Under the pieces are notes generated by a model, which searched no databases, was not told the DNA's origin, and saw only the letters and a list, made by a program, of their open reading frames with translations. From Candidatus Poribacteria bacterium (lineage in GTDB: Bacteria > Poribacteria > WGA-4E > JAJDTR01), in NCBI GenBank assembly GCA_965222225.1, contig CBDCTK010000002.1, positions 32,001 to 96,000 of the forward strand: a stretch of 64,000 bases of DNA. The letters run 5' to 3'. How positions within the stretch are numbered: the first letter of the stretch is position 1; each line of letters begins with the position of its first letter. The position numbers were made by a program, and so were the translations under genes. Shown piece by piece: positions 17,804 through 29,382 of this stretch.

Positions 17804-20773
17804 CTACTGCAAGATATCTTCGATCGCCAACGGATTGTCCGACATTTCTTGGTTTGCCGCTTCCAGTTTTTCTCTGCTTGATACCACGCATACCGCACCT
17901 TGATTCAGATTGGACTCAAGCAGTCCCAAAAGCGCACGTTTGACCGATTGAGGGGTACCGGACTTCAGACGCGCGTAGCGTTCCTCCCGTTTTTCAGGCG
18001 TTTGTCCAGTGAGATGACGGTGAAGCGCATCACTCGTTGCCTCGTTCGGTCGAATCGGCTGCTCATAGTTCTTCGCCGTGGCAATAATTGCACGGTCGAT
18101 GTCCGTTTGTGTCCACTGAGTTCCGTGAACAAAGTCGGTCACGCCGTTAAACACTTGGAGAGTTCGACTGATATGTGGGTCACTGTATGAACCGAGATAC
18201 AGCGTTCGACCAAGCGGGCTATACGTGAACCAGGCGCCGTAGGCGTTGCCCTTAAAACGTATCTCGTTCATAATGTAGTCGAGACGGACCATGTGGGCTC
18301 CAAGTGATAACAGTGTTTGATCCGGGTGTGAAGCGTGCTGCGCGGGGATAACTTGGGCACAGTGTGCGACTTGGATAGGCCCCGCCAATCCCTCGCGCGG
18401 CGGAGCTTCAAAGGGAGTGAATCCAACCGGTATCTCAGCTATTGTTTCGTCTCGCATTTTTCCCACCCAGTCCGACAACGTCCCAGAAACTGTTTTGAAA
18501 GCGGAATCGGAGCCAGTGAAACTAGCAGTTACCCGCCCGCGTACTAGCAGAAAATCTCGAATTTCATCAATCTTGCCCATCAGATCGCCACTTTGCTCAT
18601 CAAAATGAGCGTTCAACTCCTCGCTTAGCGAAAGTTGAGGCAAGCCGGAAACCTGCTCGTTCAAATAGCTCTCAGGATTTAGACCGCGCGCGGCGTGATA
18701 CATTGCAGTGCTGGAGCCGTTGTGCACCATATCCGTGCGGTATCTAGCCCGGCTCTGGACAAGCACATCGCGAAGTCGCTCCGAATCCCTAGGATCTAGG
18801 CTGAACAGTAAATCGTGAAACACACTTAACGCCGGAGCAATCTGATCGTCAAGCGTCTTAAGTTGAAAGCGCATATGTCGCAGAGACTGATTCCCGTTAG
18901 AGGCATGTGTCCCAAATCCGGGCGCGCATCCAATCCCGCCTGTAGAAGCGGCCACACGCCGCGCCATCTGCTCGTAGTTCACCCCCGCTGCACCCAACTT
19001 GCGGATAGCTTCAGCATAGCGCGGCAGATATTTCCAGAGATGTTCCGGCAGCCCCTGTAGGTTGAAATTCAGAATAAGATAGTTGATACCGTTTGCGAAG
19101 ACATCATTGTGCAGCAGTTCAACACCGTGGACACTTTCAATAGTCGTCGGGATATGAGTTAAGCGGTTGGGAAGGTCCGTGACTTTGAGTTGCGGGAGCT
19201 TTGCCAGTGCTTCGGGAGCGTTCGGCTCACTGTTGAGCCGGTCCAATTCCTCAGCATCCGCTGCAATCTGTTTCATCTCCGCGTCCGTGAGTTGCGATCG
19301 AACTTTTGCCATGCGATCGGCAAACTCGGTATCAATACGTCCCTGCATTTTCCGATCTGGCTTCACGACAGCGGTTAATCTATGTGGATTTTCCAGCAGT
19401 CTTTCCCGGATGAGCCGATTGAAAAGAGACGGCTCAGCCTCATATTTGCGTTTACAGGTTGACAGATGCTCTGCCATCGGCAGAAATGTCAGCGGATCCG
19501 TGCCGTAAATCCATGTTGAGATTACTCGATCCAGCATTTCCAAAGGAAACATCGATCCGATTTCGAGAAAATGATAAGCCGCCTGTTGGAATGCGGCTTC
19601 CACCAATTCTGGCTCAATCTCAATGTTAGCGACTTCGGAGAGCGTGTCGATCGCCAAGTTTGCGAAGGTATCAACACGGTCCGGTTCGCTGCCTTTCAAC
19701 CCAACGCGAAAGTTTCCTTCTAGCCCGACTGCTCCCGCTCCTGAATAGATTAGGTCCGCTCCGAGCTTCGATCCGATGACCGCCTTTTTCAACGGTGCTC
19801 CCTCATTACCCAGCAAAATCAGGCTCAGAATGTGCATCAACACGGCGTCTTCGGGATCGGTTGCGTCACCTGCTAGCCATTGAAGCATGAGGTACGTCTT
19901 TTCTGTGAGTGGTTCATCGGACGCTACGGGATAGGTGTCGGTCAGCGATCGAGGTTCTTCCCAGCGAGGCTGTCGAGTGATATTTACCCCCGGGGTTTGT
20001 CGAGCAAATCCTTTGAGTCTATCGGTAAGGAACGCCAAGTATTCAAGCGTCGGAATATTTCCATAGAAGAAGAAATAACCATTGCTGGGGTGATAATAAT
20101 CCTTGTGGAACTGCTTAAGAGCGGTGTACGTCAAATCGGGAATTGCGACCGGATCCCCACCGGATTCATTGCTATAAATCGTGTCCGGCAACAGTCCGCG
20201 CGTGACAGAACGGTACATGAGCGATTCGGGATCGGAGAATGCCCCTTTCATCTCATTGTAGACAATCCCGCTGACTGTCAGGTCGCCGGTGGGATTTGCA
20301 GGATCTGCTGGAGCGAGATGGTGACCTTCGCGTTTGAATGTCTGTTCCGTCAGCAACGGATGAAAGACAGCATCAAAATATACTTCGGCGAGATTGAAAA
20401 GATCTTGCTTCACATTGCTCGCCACCGGGTAGTAGGTGCAATCCCAACCGGTCATAGCGTTGATAAACGTCGCCATGCTCATCTTAATCATCTCGAAGAA
20501 CGGCTCTTTAACCGGATATCGGCGCGAGCCGGCAAGCACGCCGTGTTCAAGGATATGAGGCACCCCCGTGTCATCTGACGGCGGTGTGGGGAAGCTGATA
20601 GAGAATAGGTTCTCGGCATCGTCGGCGTGAAGATGCATCAGTCTTGCACCACTTGGCTCGTGTTCAATTTGATATGCTACGGCACGCAACTCTTCAAGTG
20701 GCGTGATTGCTTTTACCTCAAAATCGTCAATATGTTGTCCCACTTGCAACGTTACTTCTGGAGTTTCGGGCAT
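17804..20773 (-). CDS. M16C metallopeptidase (presequence protease/insulinase-like)
   Basis: Inverted zinc motif HILEH, FINAMT, VYNEMKG, IRFKGNAYG. Confidence 0.92.
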   Translation of the reverse strand: MPETPEVTLQVGQHIDDFEVKAITPLEELRAVAYQIEHEPSGARLMHLHADDAENLFSISFPTPPSDDTGVPHILEHGVLAGSRRYPVKEPFFEMIKMSMATFINAMTGWDCTYYPVASNVKQDLFNLAEVYFDAVFHPLLTEQTFKREGHHLAPADPANPTGDLTVSGIVYNEMKGAFSDPESLMYRSVTRGLLPDTIYSNESGGDPVAIPDLTYTALKQFHKDYYHPSNGYFFFYGNIPTLEYLAFLTDRLKGFARQTPGVNITRQPRWEEPRSLTDTYPVASDEPLTEKTYLMLQWLAGDATDPEDAVLMHILSLILLGNEGAPLKKAVIGSKLGADLIYSGAGAVGLEGNFRVGLKGSEPDRVDTFANLAIDTLSEVANIEIEPELVEAAFQQAAYHFLEIGSMFPLEMLDRVISTWIYGTDPLTFLPMAEHLSTCKRKYEAEPSLFNRLIRERLLENPHRLTAVVKPDRKMQGRIDTEFADRMAKVRSQLTDAEMKQIAADAEELDRLNSEPNAPEALAKLPQLKVTDLPNRLTHIPTTIESVHGVELLHNDVFANGINYLILNFNLQGLPEHLWKYLPRYAEAIRKLGAAGVNYEQMARRVAASTGGIGCAPGFGTHASNGNQSLRHMRFQLKTLDDQIAPALSVFHDLLFSLDPRDSERLRDVLVQSRARYRTDMVHNGSSTAMYHAARGLNPESYLNEQVSGLPQLSLSEELNAHFDEQSGDLMGKIDEIRDFLLVRGRVTASFTGSDSAFKTVSGTLSDWVGKMRDETIAEIPVGFTPFEAPPREGLAGPIQVAHCAQVIPAQHASHPDQTLLSLGAHMVRLDYIMNEIRFKGNAYGAWFTYSPLGRTLYLGSYSDPHISRTLQVFNGVTDFVHGTQWTQTDIDRAIIATAKNYEQPIRPNEATSDALHRHLTGQTPEKREERYARLKSGTPQSVKRALLGLLESNLNQGAVCVVSSREKLEAANQEMSDNPLAIEDILQ

Positions 20774-20809
20774 TCAAGTCTCCTTCTCTGATTGAATCGG
20801 ATTTTTTCT

Positions 20810-22081
20810 TTAGTTATCGGATACGGCGATTAGATGATTTCGCGTGCGCAAGAACAGAGTTCCTTCGGATATTGCCGGGGTTGCCATACAGATGTTTCCC
20901 ATAGCATTCGTGGCGAGAACTTTGAATTCTGGTCCCGCCTGAATGACTTAGATGCCACCAACTTCGCTCGTAAAGTAGATTTCGCCGTTAGCGGCGACCG
21001 GTGATGCCGTAAAGCCGGTAGCACCACGACCTAGACGTTTTTCATAAATGCGTTCACCCGTATCTGCTTGGTAGCATGACAGAACACCGTTGTCCCGGCA
21101 GCTATAAAGATAATCGCCGTAATCTATGGGAGTTTGCATATATGCTCCACCTGGGTCATCACTCCAAACGATATAGTTGCCGACATCAGGTTTTTTTCCG
21201 GGCGAAATATCTCCGCCTCCGCTAAGTTTCCACAGCCCTTGGCAGGGATCAAAATCATAGCCCCCGATATGTTTGTAGCCATTTACGACAACTTGGGTTT
21301 TGTCTTCTCGGCTTTGAATCGCCGGAGTGCACCACGTTGGCACTTCGTCGCGCGGTGTTTTCCACATGTATTCCCCATCTTCTATTCTGAATGAAGTTAT
21401 GATTGAACCTATTTGAACCTCGCACTGGACGATTATCACGTTTTCATGAATCGCGGGTGAACTTGCAAAACCCCATTGCGTCTCGGGTAAGTAAAAGAAT
21501 CCAGAGTCAAGGATACCCAAGTGACGCTTCCAAAGCACCGTCCCATCCATGTTATAACAATACAGCCCTTCGGAACCAAAAAAGGCAACCACGTATTTAC
21601 CATTTGTAGCCGATGTGCAGTTGGCGTGAGTCGTTTTCGGATATCGCTTTATCTTAGGTACAGCTTGGTGCACGGTTCGCTTCCATAGAATTTCCCCTGT
21701 GTTTTTATCGAGGCAATAAACAAGCCATTCATGTACGCTCTCGTCATCTACCGGCTCAACATCGCCATACAGCCCAACTTTCAGCGGTGTATCCATTTTT
21801 CCGCTGATTGCGGTGGTTATGTAGATGCGTTGATCTCAAATCACCGGACTGGAATGCCCTAGACCAGCAATTGGCGACTTCCACTTGATGTTCTCAGAAT
21901 TCTCTATGTGCGAGGAGGTTGGAGTTGGGAAATTCTCAGCCACACCGCTGGCGCCCGGTCCACGAAAGGTCGGCCAATGTACGCCCTGCGGCTCAGTAGC
22001 TGCCGCTGCCACACAGATGAAGATTATTTGAATGGCGGCAATAGGTACGACCATAGTTGCCGCCTTGAGTGGGGGTTTCAT
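20810..22081 (-). pseudogene. PQQ-like (BamB-type) beta-propeller pseudogene
   Basis: WPTFRGP, GLGHSSPVI then TGA 21836-21838 at the usual Trp position; second stop TAA 20948-20950; frame resumes VIQAGPEFKVLATN..ATPAIS to TAA 20810. Confidence 0.8.
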
Positions 22082-22252
22082 AATCCTAAACCAGTCCTAT
22101 GTTGTATTAGTCAACGAAACGGTTTACATGTCATTCTGTTCCCACGGATGGACGACCTCACCGGTCAAGGCTTGGATTTGGCACTCCAAGCCGAGCGGGA
22201 AAAAGCTATGAGCATCTAACATTTACGTGACCAATACAAAACCAGTCCCATG

Positions 22253-25012
22253 TTAAAGCGGTACAATCTGGACGGGGCAAACCTTGAGTTCAGCAGTTTG
22301 TGTAATCGGATCGTAGCCAGAGCCCGTGAGGATATTGACCGGTACATCACTGAAACTGAAACTGGCGAAAACCGTACCGCGGGGCGAACGGTTTGTGCTT
22401 TTTACCCTAATCTTCACCGAGCCGCGCCGACTGGACATCTTGCACCAATCGCCATCCGTGAGCCCCCACTCTATTGCATCGGCGGGATGCACTTCAAGAA
22501 CTTCCTCTGATAATAAATAATCAATCCCCTGCGCGCGCCCCGTCTGTGTGCGTGTATGGTAGGACGCAAGCCTACGACCCGTCGTGAGCCACACCGGAAA
22601 TTCGTCGCTGATTATTTCTGCAGGATCGCGATAGTTTACAATCGAAAAAATTCCGCGTCCGTTGACGAACTCGCCTTCATGCAATCGCGGGGTGCCGGGG
22701 TGGTCGTCATGGGGCACGGGCCATTGATATTCGCCGGCATCAATTCGCTCCCAATCAAGACCTGCGTAGATAGGCGAAACACGGCATAGTTCGTTGAAAA
22801 TATCCTTGGGGGATTCAAAGTCGAATCCGTTGAACCCGAGTCGTTTGGCAATCTGACAGATAGCCCACCAATCGGGTTTTGCCTGTCCCTGCGCCGGTAC
22901 CGCCGCACGCATCCGCTGAACGCGCCGTTCGGTGTTAGTTTGCACGCCATCGGTTTCCGCCCAAGCAGTCGCCGGCAGGACAACATCGGCGAGTTGTGCT
23001 GTGTCGGTCAGGAAGATATCGATTACTACAAGGTGGTCAAGACTGCGTAACGCATGCTCGCAATGCTCTCGATTCGGGTCGGAGAGAAGGGTGTTCTCCC
23101 CGTCAATTAGCATTGCCCGAATCCGATCGCCGCAAAGATCGAGTGCCGTTACTTTGGTAATACCATTTTCAAGATCGATTGTCCTGCCGTAAAGCTCCCT
23201 GAACTTCTCTTGATTTGCGGCATCGGTAACCGGCTGGAATCCGGGGTAATTGTTGGGAATAGCGCCGCTGTCACCAGCCCCCTGAATGTTGTTCTGGCCG
23301 CGCATCGGGTTTATGCCGGTGCCTTCTCGTCCAACATTGCCGGTCATCAATGCGAGATTACAGAGACTTTGCACATTCTCGACGCCGCAGATGTGTTCAG
23401 TGATGCCAAGCGTGTAGTAGATTGCTCCTTTGTCTGTCCTGCCGTACCAAATTGCCGCGGTTTCGATATCCTTTGCCGGCACATTCGTAATCTCCTCCGC
23501 CCACTCGGGCGTGAACTGCGTGATGTGCTCGAAAAAGTCATCAAACTCGACCGTCCGATTGCGGATAAATTCATCATCCATCAATCCCTCGCGTGCGATC
23601 ACGTGCGCCATGGCGAGTAGCAATGCGGTGTCTGAACCCACTCGCAGGGGGAGATAGAGATCTGCCATTTCGGCGAGCTTAATTCTCCGCGGATCCGCCA
23701 CGATGAGTTTTGCTCCGCGTGCCACAGCCTTCTTGATGCCCGTCGCAGCAACCGGGTGACATTCGGTCATATTGGTTCCAATGCAAAAAATCACGTCCGG
23801 TTTCTGCATGTCAACGAGCGGATTTGACATCGCGCCGCGTCCAATTGTGGCTGCCAGACCGGCAACCGTTGGCGCGTGTCAGGCACGGCTACAGTTATCA
23901 ATATAATTCGTCCCGAAGCCTGCGCGAATGAATTTCTGCATTATGTAAGCCGCTTCGCTCGGCGCGCGGCCAGAAGCAACGCCGTAAACGCTGTCTCGCC
24001 CATATTTCGTTTGGGCTTTTCGAAAACCTTCGGCGGTACGATCAAGCGCTTCATCCCACTCCGCCTCGTGCAACTTTCCGTCTCGTCCGCGGACAAGGGG
24101 TGTGGTCAGTCGATCCGAATGCTGAACGAAATCAAAAGCGAATTGTCCTTTGACACAAAGCGCGCCTTTGTTCGCCGGTCCGTCCATGGCTGGCTGGATG
24201 CCAACGATTTTCTCGTTCTTGGTCAGAACATCAACCGAGCACCCTACGCCGCAGTAGGGACAAATGGTGCGAGTTTTTTCAATTTCACCGGGCAGATCGA
24301 CCGCACGCATCGCCTTTTTGTCGCCAAGCGCCCCGGTTGGGCACGTCTGTACACACTGTCCACAGAAGGTGCACGCAGACTCCTTCAGAAGCCCGTTAAA
24401 CTCCGTGGTAATTTTCGTGTGAAACCCTCGGTTCATGACGCTAATCGCGTAGTCTCCCTCCTGTTCGGCACATACACGAACGCAACGGTAGCAGGAGATA
24501 CAGAGGTCGTAATCGCGCAAGATAAACGGGTTGGTGTCATCTACATTGCTCTTGCCAGATTGTTTGCCCCTGAAACGCCCATTCCGCGTCTGATAGCGAT
24601 CGGCAAGGGTGGAAAGTTCTTGAGAAGCGTAGCCTCGCAGCGGATCGACAGCCGTCTCGGGATTTTCTGACGCAACCATTTCAAGTAGCGTTTTTCGATA
24701 TTTCTCGATTTTCTCCGTCGCCGTTTGGACGACCATGCCAGATGTCACCTTCGTTGTACATGATGCGACAGGATTTCGCGACCCTTCAAGTTCAACGACA
24801 CAGAGTCGACATCCTCCGAAGGCATCAAGGCGAGAATCGTAGCATAACGTAGGGATGTTTTTACGATTGCGGGTTGCAACTTCGTAAATTGTTTCGCCAT
24901 CCGCGAAACTCACTATCTCCCCGTCAAGAGAGATTGTATTTAGCCTTTTTTCTTCGACGGAAGATTCTCGTGTTTGTCGCTGTTTAGTCATTTGATTTCT
25001 CATGGTTTTCAT
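22253..25012 (-). CDS. fdhF: NAD-linked formate dehydrogenase alpha subunit, selenocysteine-containing (UGA 23879-23881)
   Basis: 2Fe-2S and 4Fe-4S motifs, CPYCGVGC, DNCSRA-U-HAPTVAGL in frame with downstream ORF, RGQNNIQG, molybdopterin C-terminus. Confidence 0.93.
23849..23867 (-). promoter_or_regulatory. Bacterial SECIS element of fdh
   Basis: GGTTGCC-GGTCT-GGCAGCC hairpin starting 11 nt after UGA, closely resembling E. coli fdhF SECIS (GGTTGCAGGTCTGCACC). Confidence 0.85.
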
Positions 25013-25151
25013 CCGGCGAGATTTACTAATTAGTTCACATTTTCTAGGTCTGCGACGTTTTCTATTATATGATAACTTGGGTGAGATATGAATCCTGATT
25101 TACGGATTCAGGCGTATTGTACCAGTTCGTGGGTCGGGCTGGAAGGGATCT

Positions 25152-25180
25152 CTATCGCGCTTCTTATTCAGTCGCTTGAT
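25152..25180 (-). repeat. Covarying hairpin motif, copy 3, inside a REP-like palindrome
   Basis: CTATCGCGCTTCTTATTCAGTCGCTTGAT flanked by GTGGGTCGGG (25129) and CCCGACCTAC (25181). Confidence 0.85.
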
Positions 25181-25244
25181 CCCGACCTACCAGAATAGGT
25201 AGCACATGGGTGACAAAGGTCCCTTGGTAGACTTGAGACGCGAA

Positions 25245-26921
25245 TCACAGTTTACCCTCAACGTGCCGCTCGACATTCTTCGGGAAGTACCGTATCATGC
25301 TGTCGACAATAAGTGGAGCGGCCATGCCGAGACCGCAGGCGCTCGTCGCTTTCATTGCCTCGCTAATGTCATTTACTTCTCTGAGCCATTCTCCCATATC
25401 CATCGGACCGGCATCTCCCCCTAAACGTTCAGTGAGGCGTTGTGTTCCAATCCGACAGGGAAAACATTTTCCACACGATTCTTCGGCAAAGAATTCCATT
25501 GCGTTGCGCGCTATGCTCACAATGTCTCGGCTGTCGTCGAAAACGATAATTCCGGCAGCGCCTAGCATTGAACGCTTTGCTTTTACACTTGGTTCATCAA
25601 GTGTTACTTCCAGGTCGTTTCCGGAGAGGAAACCGCCCGACAATCCTGCCATAGTGACCGCCTGAATGGAACGATCTCTTTGTGCGCCACCCGCCCAGTC
25701 GTAAAGCAGTGTTTTCAGCGGCAGTCCAAACGGCACCTCGTAGTTGCCCGGTTTCTGAATATCGCCCGAGAGACTGATGACCTTCGTACCGGCGTGACCA
25801 TTTAATCCAAGCCCGCGATACCATTCCGCTCCGCGGTGAAGAATCTGCGGTACAGAAACGAGTGTCTCAACATTATTGACTGCGGTTGGAAGATTCTCAA
25901 ATCCGTGAGTCACCGGATAGGGCGGGCGATTCCTTGGAAACGGGTGTTTGCCTTCAAGACTGTTCAGGAGCGAACCTTCTTCGCCACAGATATATGCCCC
26001 TGCGCCGCGTCGAATGTGGATTTGAAAGTTGAAGTCGGTTCCGAGAATTCCGTCGCCAACAAATCCTGCTTCTTCCGCTTCGGCGATTGTGCGTTCAAGG
26101 ATATCGAAAGTTTCCGGATATTCGTATCGAAGATAAATGAACCCGCGCTCCGCGCCAGTCGCATATGCGGCTAACGTCATACCCTCAATAACCGCGTGCG
26201 GGTCGTAATCTAAAATCGCGCGGTCTTTGAAACATCCGGGTTCCCCTTCATCCGCGTTACAAACAATTGTCTTTGGTTCTCCGGGCGCTTCTGCCACTGA
26301 CTTCCATTTTAGACCGGTGGGGAAACCGGCACCCCCGCGCCCTGCCAACTTACTATCAACAATGAGTTCAATGACGTTGGTTGGGGCCATCTCGTTTATC
26401 GCGTTGGTTAGTCCTTGGTACCCCCCAGTTCGCCGGTATCCTTCTATAGTAGATCTGCCGGGTTCTCGAATGGATGCAAAAACACATTCCTCAATTCCGC
26501 CGGGATTTGGTGGTGGCAGTGGAGAGGGTTTTGGTGCTATCGCCTCCGGGCTTGTGCCGGTCAATACCGAGTGTCCTTGAAGAACTGGCACAAAATCATC
26601 GCACCGACCAGCACACGGCATCGGCGTGGCACCTTTGTCCTTGAGCGCTTCAAGGATTTCTCGTCCGCCGGCTAGGCAGCATACAGGCCCCGTACATACC
26701 CTAGGAGCACTCTGCCCCGGAGAGTTACGGGAGAAGTGATGGTAGAAGGTGACAGTTCCAAACAGGTCTGCCAGAGGAATCCTAAGCCCGATAGCCACAT
26801 CCCGAAGTGCGTCTTCCGAGATAAAACCATCTCGATCGTGGAACGCGTGCAGCAGAGGGAGTAGTGGCGCTGGTTCTTCCCGCCATCTGTCGATTAGCTC
26901 ATGGTTAGTAGGGGTTGCCAT
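25245..26921 (-). CDS. Fused NuoE/NuoF-like diaphorase subunit of formate dehydrogenase
   Basis: TFYHHF..VCTGPVC; GRGGAGFPTG, NADEGEPG, GAGAYICGEE, ESCGKCFPCRIG. Confidence 0.92.
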   Translation of the reverse strand: MATPTNHELIDRWREEPAPLLPLLHAFHDRDGFISEDALRDVAIGLRIPLADLFGTVTFYHHFSRNSPGQSAPRVCTGPVCCLAGGREILEALKDKGATPMPCAGRCDDFVPVLQGHSVLTGTSPEAIAPKPSPLPPPNPGGIEECVFASIREPGRSTIEGYRRTGGYQGLTNAINEMAPTNVIELIVDSKLAGRGGAGFPTGLKWKSVAEAPGEPKTIVCNADEGEPGCFKDRAILDYDPHAVIEGMTLAAYATGAERGFIYLRYEYPETFDILERTIAEAEEAGFVGDGILGTDFNFQIHIRRGAGAYICGEEGSLLNSLEGKHPFPRNRPPYPVTHGFENLPTAVNNVETLVSVPQILHRGAEWYRGLGLNGHAGTKVISLSGDIQKPGNYEVPFGLPLKTLLYDWAGGAQRDRSIQAVTMAGLSGGFLSGNDLEVTLDEPSVKAKRSMLGAAGIIVFDDSRDIVSIARNAMEFFAEESCGKCFPCRIGTQRLTERLGGDAGPMDMGEWLREVNDISEAMKATSACGLGMAAPLIVDSMIRYFPKNVERHVEGKL

Positions 26922-27250
26922 TGTGTAGTCCCTGATCAATTGTGAGGCAGCAAATCTCGGCGTTACGCATTAGCCAATTCGGTTGCCAAAGCCAACCGAC
27001 GTCCCTAAATGGTAGCAATTTTTTCACGGTGGGTCAACACGAATTTTGTGCTCATTTGCCCCCAGCTTTTCAAGGGGCGTGAATTGGCGGTGTTTTTAGA
27101 CTCCGCATCAGTGAGAAATGCTGACAATAGAGATCTCAAAGACGCGAGCTCCCCCACGCCTGAAAGATAACCTGTTTGTAAGTGATTAGTGGCTAGTGAA
27201 AACCCTGAAACCGTATGCGGGATAATGAATGGGATCTCTATCAGGATTTG

Positions 27251-27443
27251 CTATCGCCTTCGTTATCCACTCGTTTGATCGGTCATTATTCATTCCCTTG
27301 ATCGCCCAATATCCATTCGCTTGATACTATTCGGTCAGTTAATCGCTCCGTAATCAATCGGGGCAAGATGCCCCTCCCACCCGACGGAAATATGGAATGG
27401 TGGGCAGGGGAGTCCTATCGCACTCACTATCCATTCGCTTGAT
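27251..27443 (-). repeat. Cluster of hairpin motif copies 4 and 5 with head-to-tail shortened units
   Basis: Full copies 27251-27279 and 27415-27443; 23-nt units 27280-27302 and 27303-27325; partial 27326-27343. Confidence 0.85.
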
Positions 27444-27484
27444 TCCACCCGACATATAGCTGATTGATAACTCGTTTGAGGATT

Positions 27485-27510
27485 GTCGCGATTCGGAGAT
27501 CGCTCCTACA
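27485..27510 (-). repeat. GTAG-type REP palindrome
   Basis: Minus strand TGTAGGAGCGATCTCCGAATCGCGAC; related REP-like units near 14948, 27360 and 30475-30530. Confidence 0.6.
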
Positions 27511-27582
27511 GAGTTGCGTTATGCGGTCGTTTGATTGAAATTCGTAATATCAGATTATGCATTACGCATTGCGCAATCGTTT

Positions 27583-29382
27583 TTACAGTCTCACGACGGA
27601 GTTGCGGTTGAATCGACGAGCTGCAGATAGATCGACGCGTTGTTGCGCGGTGGTCGTGATGCGAGAGCGGCAAGCGCCTTGCACGGCGTCGGGGGCGTCG
27701 TTATGGTCGGCGGAGGGGAATTGCCTGAACTGTGTCCAGAACTCGCCGGGCAAGTCCTGCTCGTTGAACGCGAGCCATCCATTGGCTATGGCTGGCTCAA
27801 GCGTACCGATGCGGTCTTCTTTGTTTTGGTGCTGCTTGTGATACATGATTCTGCGTTCAAAGCGGTGGCGCTCTTTCATCGCGCGGAACGCATGGTCGGT
27901 AGACAGCAGGATGGTGCCGTCTTTGTCGGGGCGCTGTTCGCAAACGAAGTGGGATTTGGGATACGCGGGCGCCAACATCGCCTCGGCGCGCTGTGCGAGG
28001 AGGATGGCGTGCTCCATCTGGTCGGTGAGTGCGACACGGTCAAGCCATGCCAGCAGGATGTATCCGTTCACGCCGGAGAGGGAGTCGGGGTTCATGGAAC
28101 CGCCGCCGGGGAGAGGTTCCCAAACGATGACAACGGCGCAGGCGTAACTATTGGCAAGCGCATCGCGTCCGCCCATGGTGTCGAGATAGGTGGTGAAGCC
28201 GCCGATGTCGTGCCATGGCACGACACGCCCATCGCTGCGGCGAAAGCCTTCGTCTGCCACGGAGAAGGTGACCGCTTGATCCATCTTGAACAACGCCATC
28301 CCGGGGTAGCGGGCATCGTTCTGGAGTTCGCGCATCACGCTGTGGTAGCCGCGCTCGACGATTTCTTTGCGGACGCGGACGTAGGGAAGTTTTTCTTCCC
28401 AGAGCATCTCTACGTTTGCGTTCATTTCGGATTTTCGGGCTTGGAAAAAGGCGTCGGCGCGCGCTTCGCGTTCATCGTCGTTGAGGGTTGTATCGCTGTA
28501 GACACGTTCCCACTCTTTCCAGAGGCGCTCGGCGGTGGGGTGGTAGATGTCTTTGGGATAACGGACGGCTTGGTAGCGCAGTGTCTGCCAGCCGGGCACG
28601 GTGCGGAGATGTTCGGAGAGGGATTCGGGGTGTTTGACGGTATCGACTATGATGGTGTTGGAGTGCCCGCTTCCGAGATCTCCGGCGTACATGAAGTCGG
28701 TCATGAACCACTCTCTGTCTTCACCCCGCAGATCGGGATTGAGGCAGCGTTTGGGGTCTTCGATGTCGTCGCAGAGCTTGAGTGTGGGGCGGACATCGCC
28801 GAGGAGCGCGCCGCGGGGAGACGAACCGCGTCCGAGAGGTCTCAATCCGATGCCGTTTCGGGTGTCGGTTTCGGTTTTTGTCCACGGGGCGCCGACGAGG
28901 TCGCCGAAATCGCGTCGGATGAGGGGATTGTGTTCGAGGACGTATCGGATTTCTGTTATGCGTTGGCGCGCCATGCGTTCGTTGCGACCAACGATGAGGA
29001 TGAATTCCTCGGGTTGCCTATCCATAACGAGATCGAAGTCCTTGTAGCAGATTCGCCACAGCGGGATTAGGCGATTGACAAGGGTGGTCTTGCCGGTGCC
29101 GCGGGGGGCTTGGACGTTTATCTGCTTTCCGTATTCGCCGGGCTTGACGGCGTTGAGGATATGGATATGAAAATCTTTAAGCGTGAGGACACGATAGCTG
29201 AACTTTCTGATGTACAACCAGACGAATAACTCGGGCCACCGGTACCCGGCGTGCGCCCTAATCATGCCGGCTTCGTCTTGTTGATTGTTCTTCATCTTCT
29301 CGTGTACAGTGTTCAAGACTCTCCAGCGCTCGCAGTGCTGCATTTTTTGAATCATGTCCTTGCTCGGTATTATCTTCGTCAT
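27583..29382 (-). CDS. Phage terminase large subunit homolog (orphan)
   Basis: Walker A APRGTGKTT, RG..RPTLKLCDDIED Walker B region, C-terminal KEDRI...QFPSADHNDAPDA RNase H-like motif. Confidence 0.85.
   Translation of the reverse strand: MTKIIPSKDMIQKMQHCERWRVLNTVHEKMKNNQQDEAGMIRAHAGYRWPELFVWLYIRKFSYRVLTLKDFHIHILNAVKPGEYGKQINVQAPRGTGKTTLVNRLIPLWRICYKDFDLVMDRQPEEFILIVGRNERMARQRITEIRYVLEHNPLIRRDFGDLVGAPWTKTETDTRNGIGLRPLGRGSSPRGALLGDVRPTLKLCDDIEDPKRCLNPDLRGEDREWFMTDFMYAGDLGSGHSNTIIVDTVKHPESLSEHLRTVPGWQTLRYQAVRYPKDIYHPTAERLWKEWERVYSDTTLNDDEREARADAFFQARKSEMNANVEMLWEEKLPYVRVRKEIVERGYHSVMRELQNDARYPGMALFKMDQAVTFSVADEGFRRSDGRVVPWHDIGGFTTYLDTMGGRDALANSYACAVVIVWEPLPGGGSMNPDSLSGVNGYILLAWLDRVALTDQMEHAILLAQRAEAMLAPAYPKSHFVCEQRPDKDGTILLSTDHAFRAMKERHRFERRIMYHKQHQNKEDRIGTLEPAIANGWLAFNEQDLPGEFWTQFRQFPSADHNDAPDAVQGACRSRITTTAQQRVDLSAARRFNRNSVVRL

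Noticed and set aside
21836-21838. Selenocysteine or recoded UGA in the PQQ-like gene
   Set aside because: Aligns to a usual Trp, and the gene has a second (TAA) stop, so it is a pseudogene.
27251-27343. CRISPR array
   Set aside because: Units abut without unique spacers, are not identical, and no cas genes are present.
27640-29070. 476-aa + strand ORF
   Set aside because: Antisense shadow of the GC-rich terL; no recognisable motifs.
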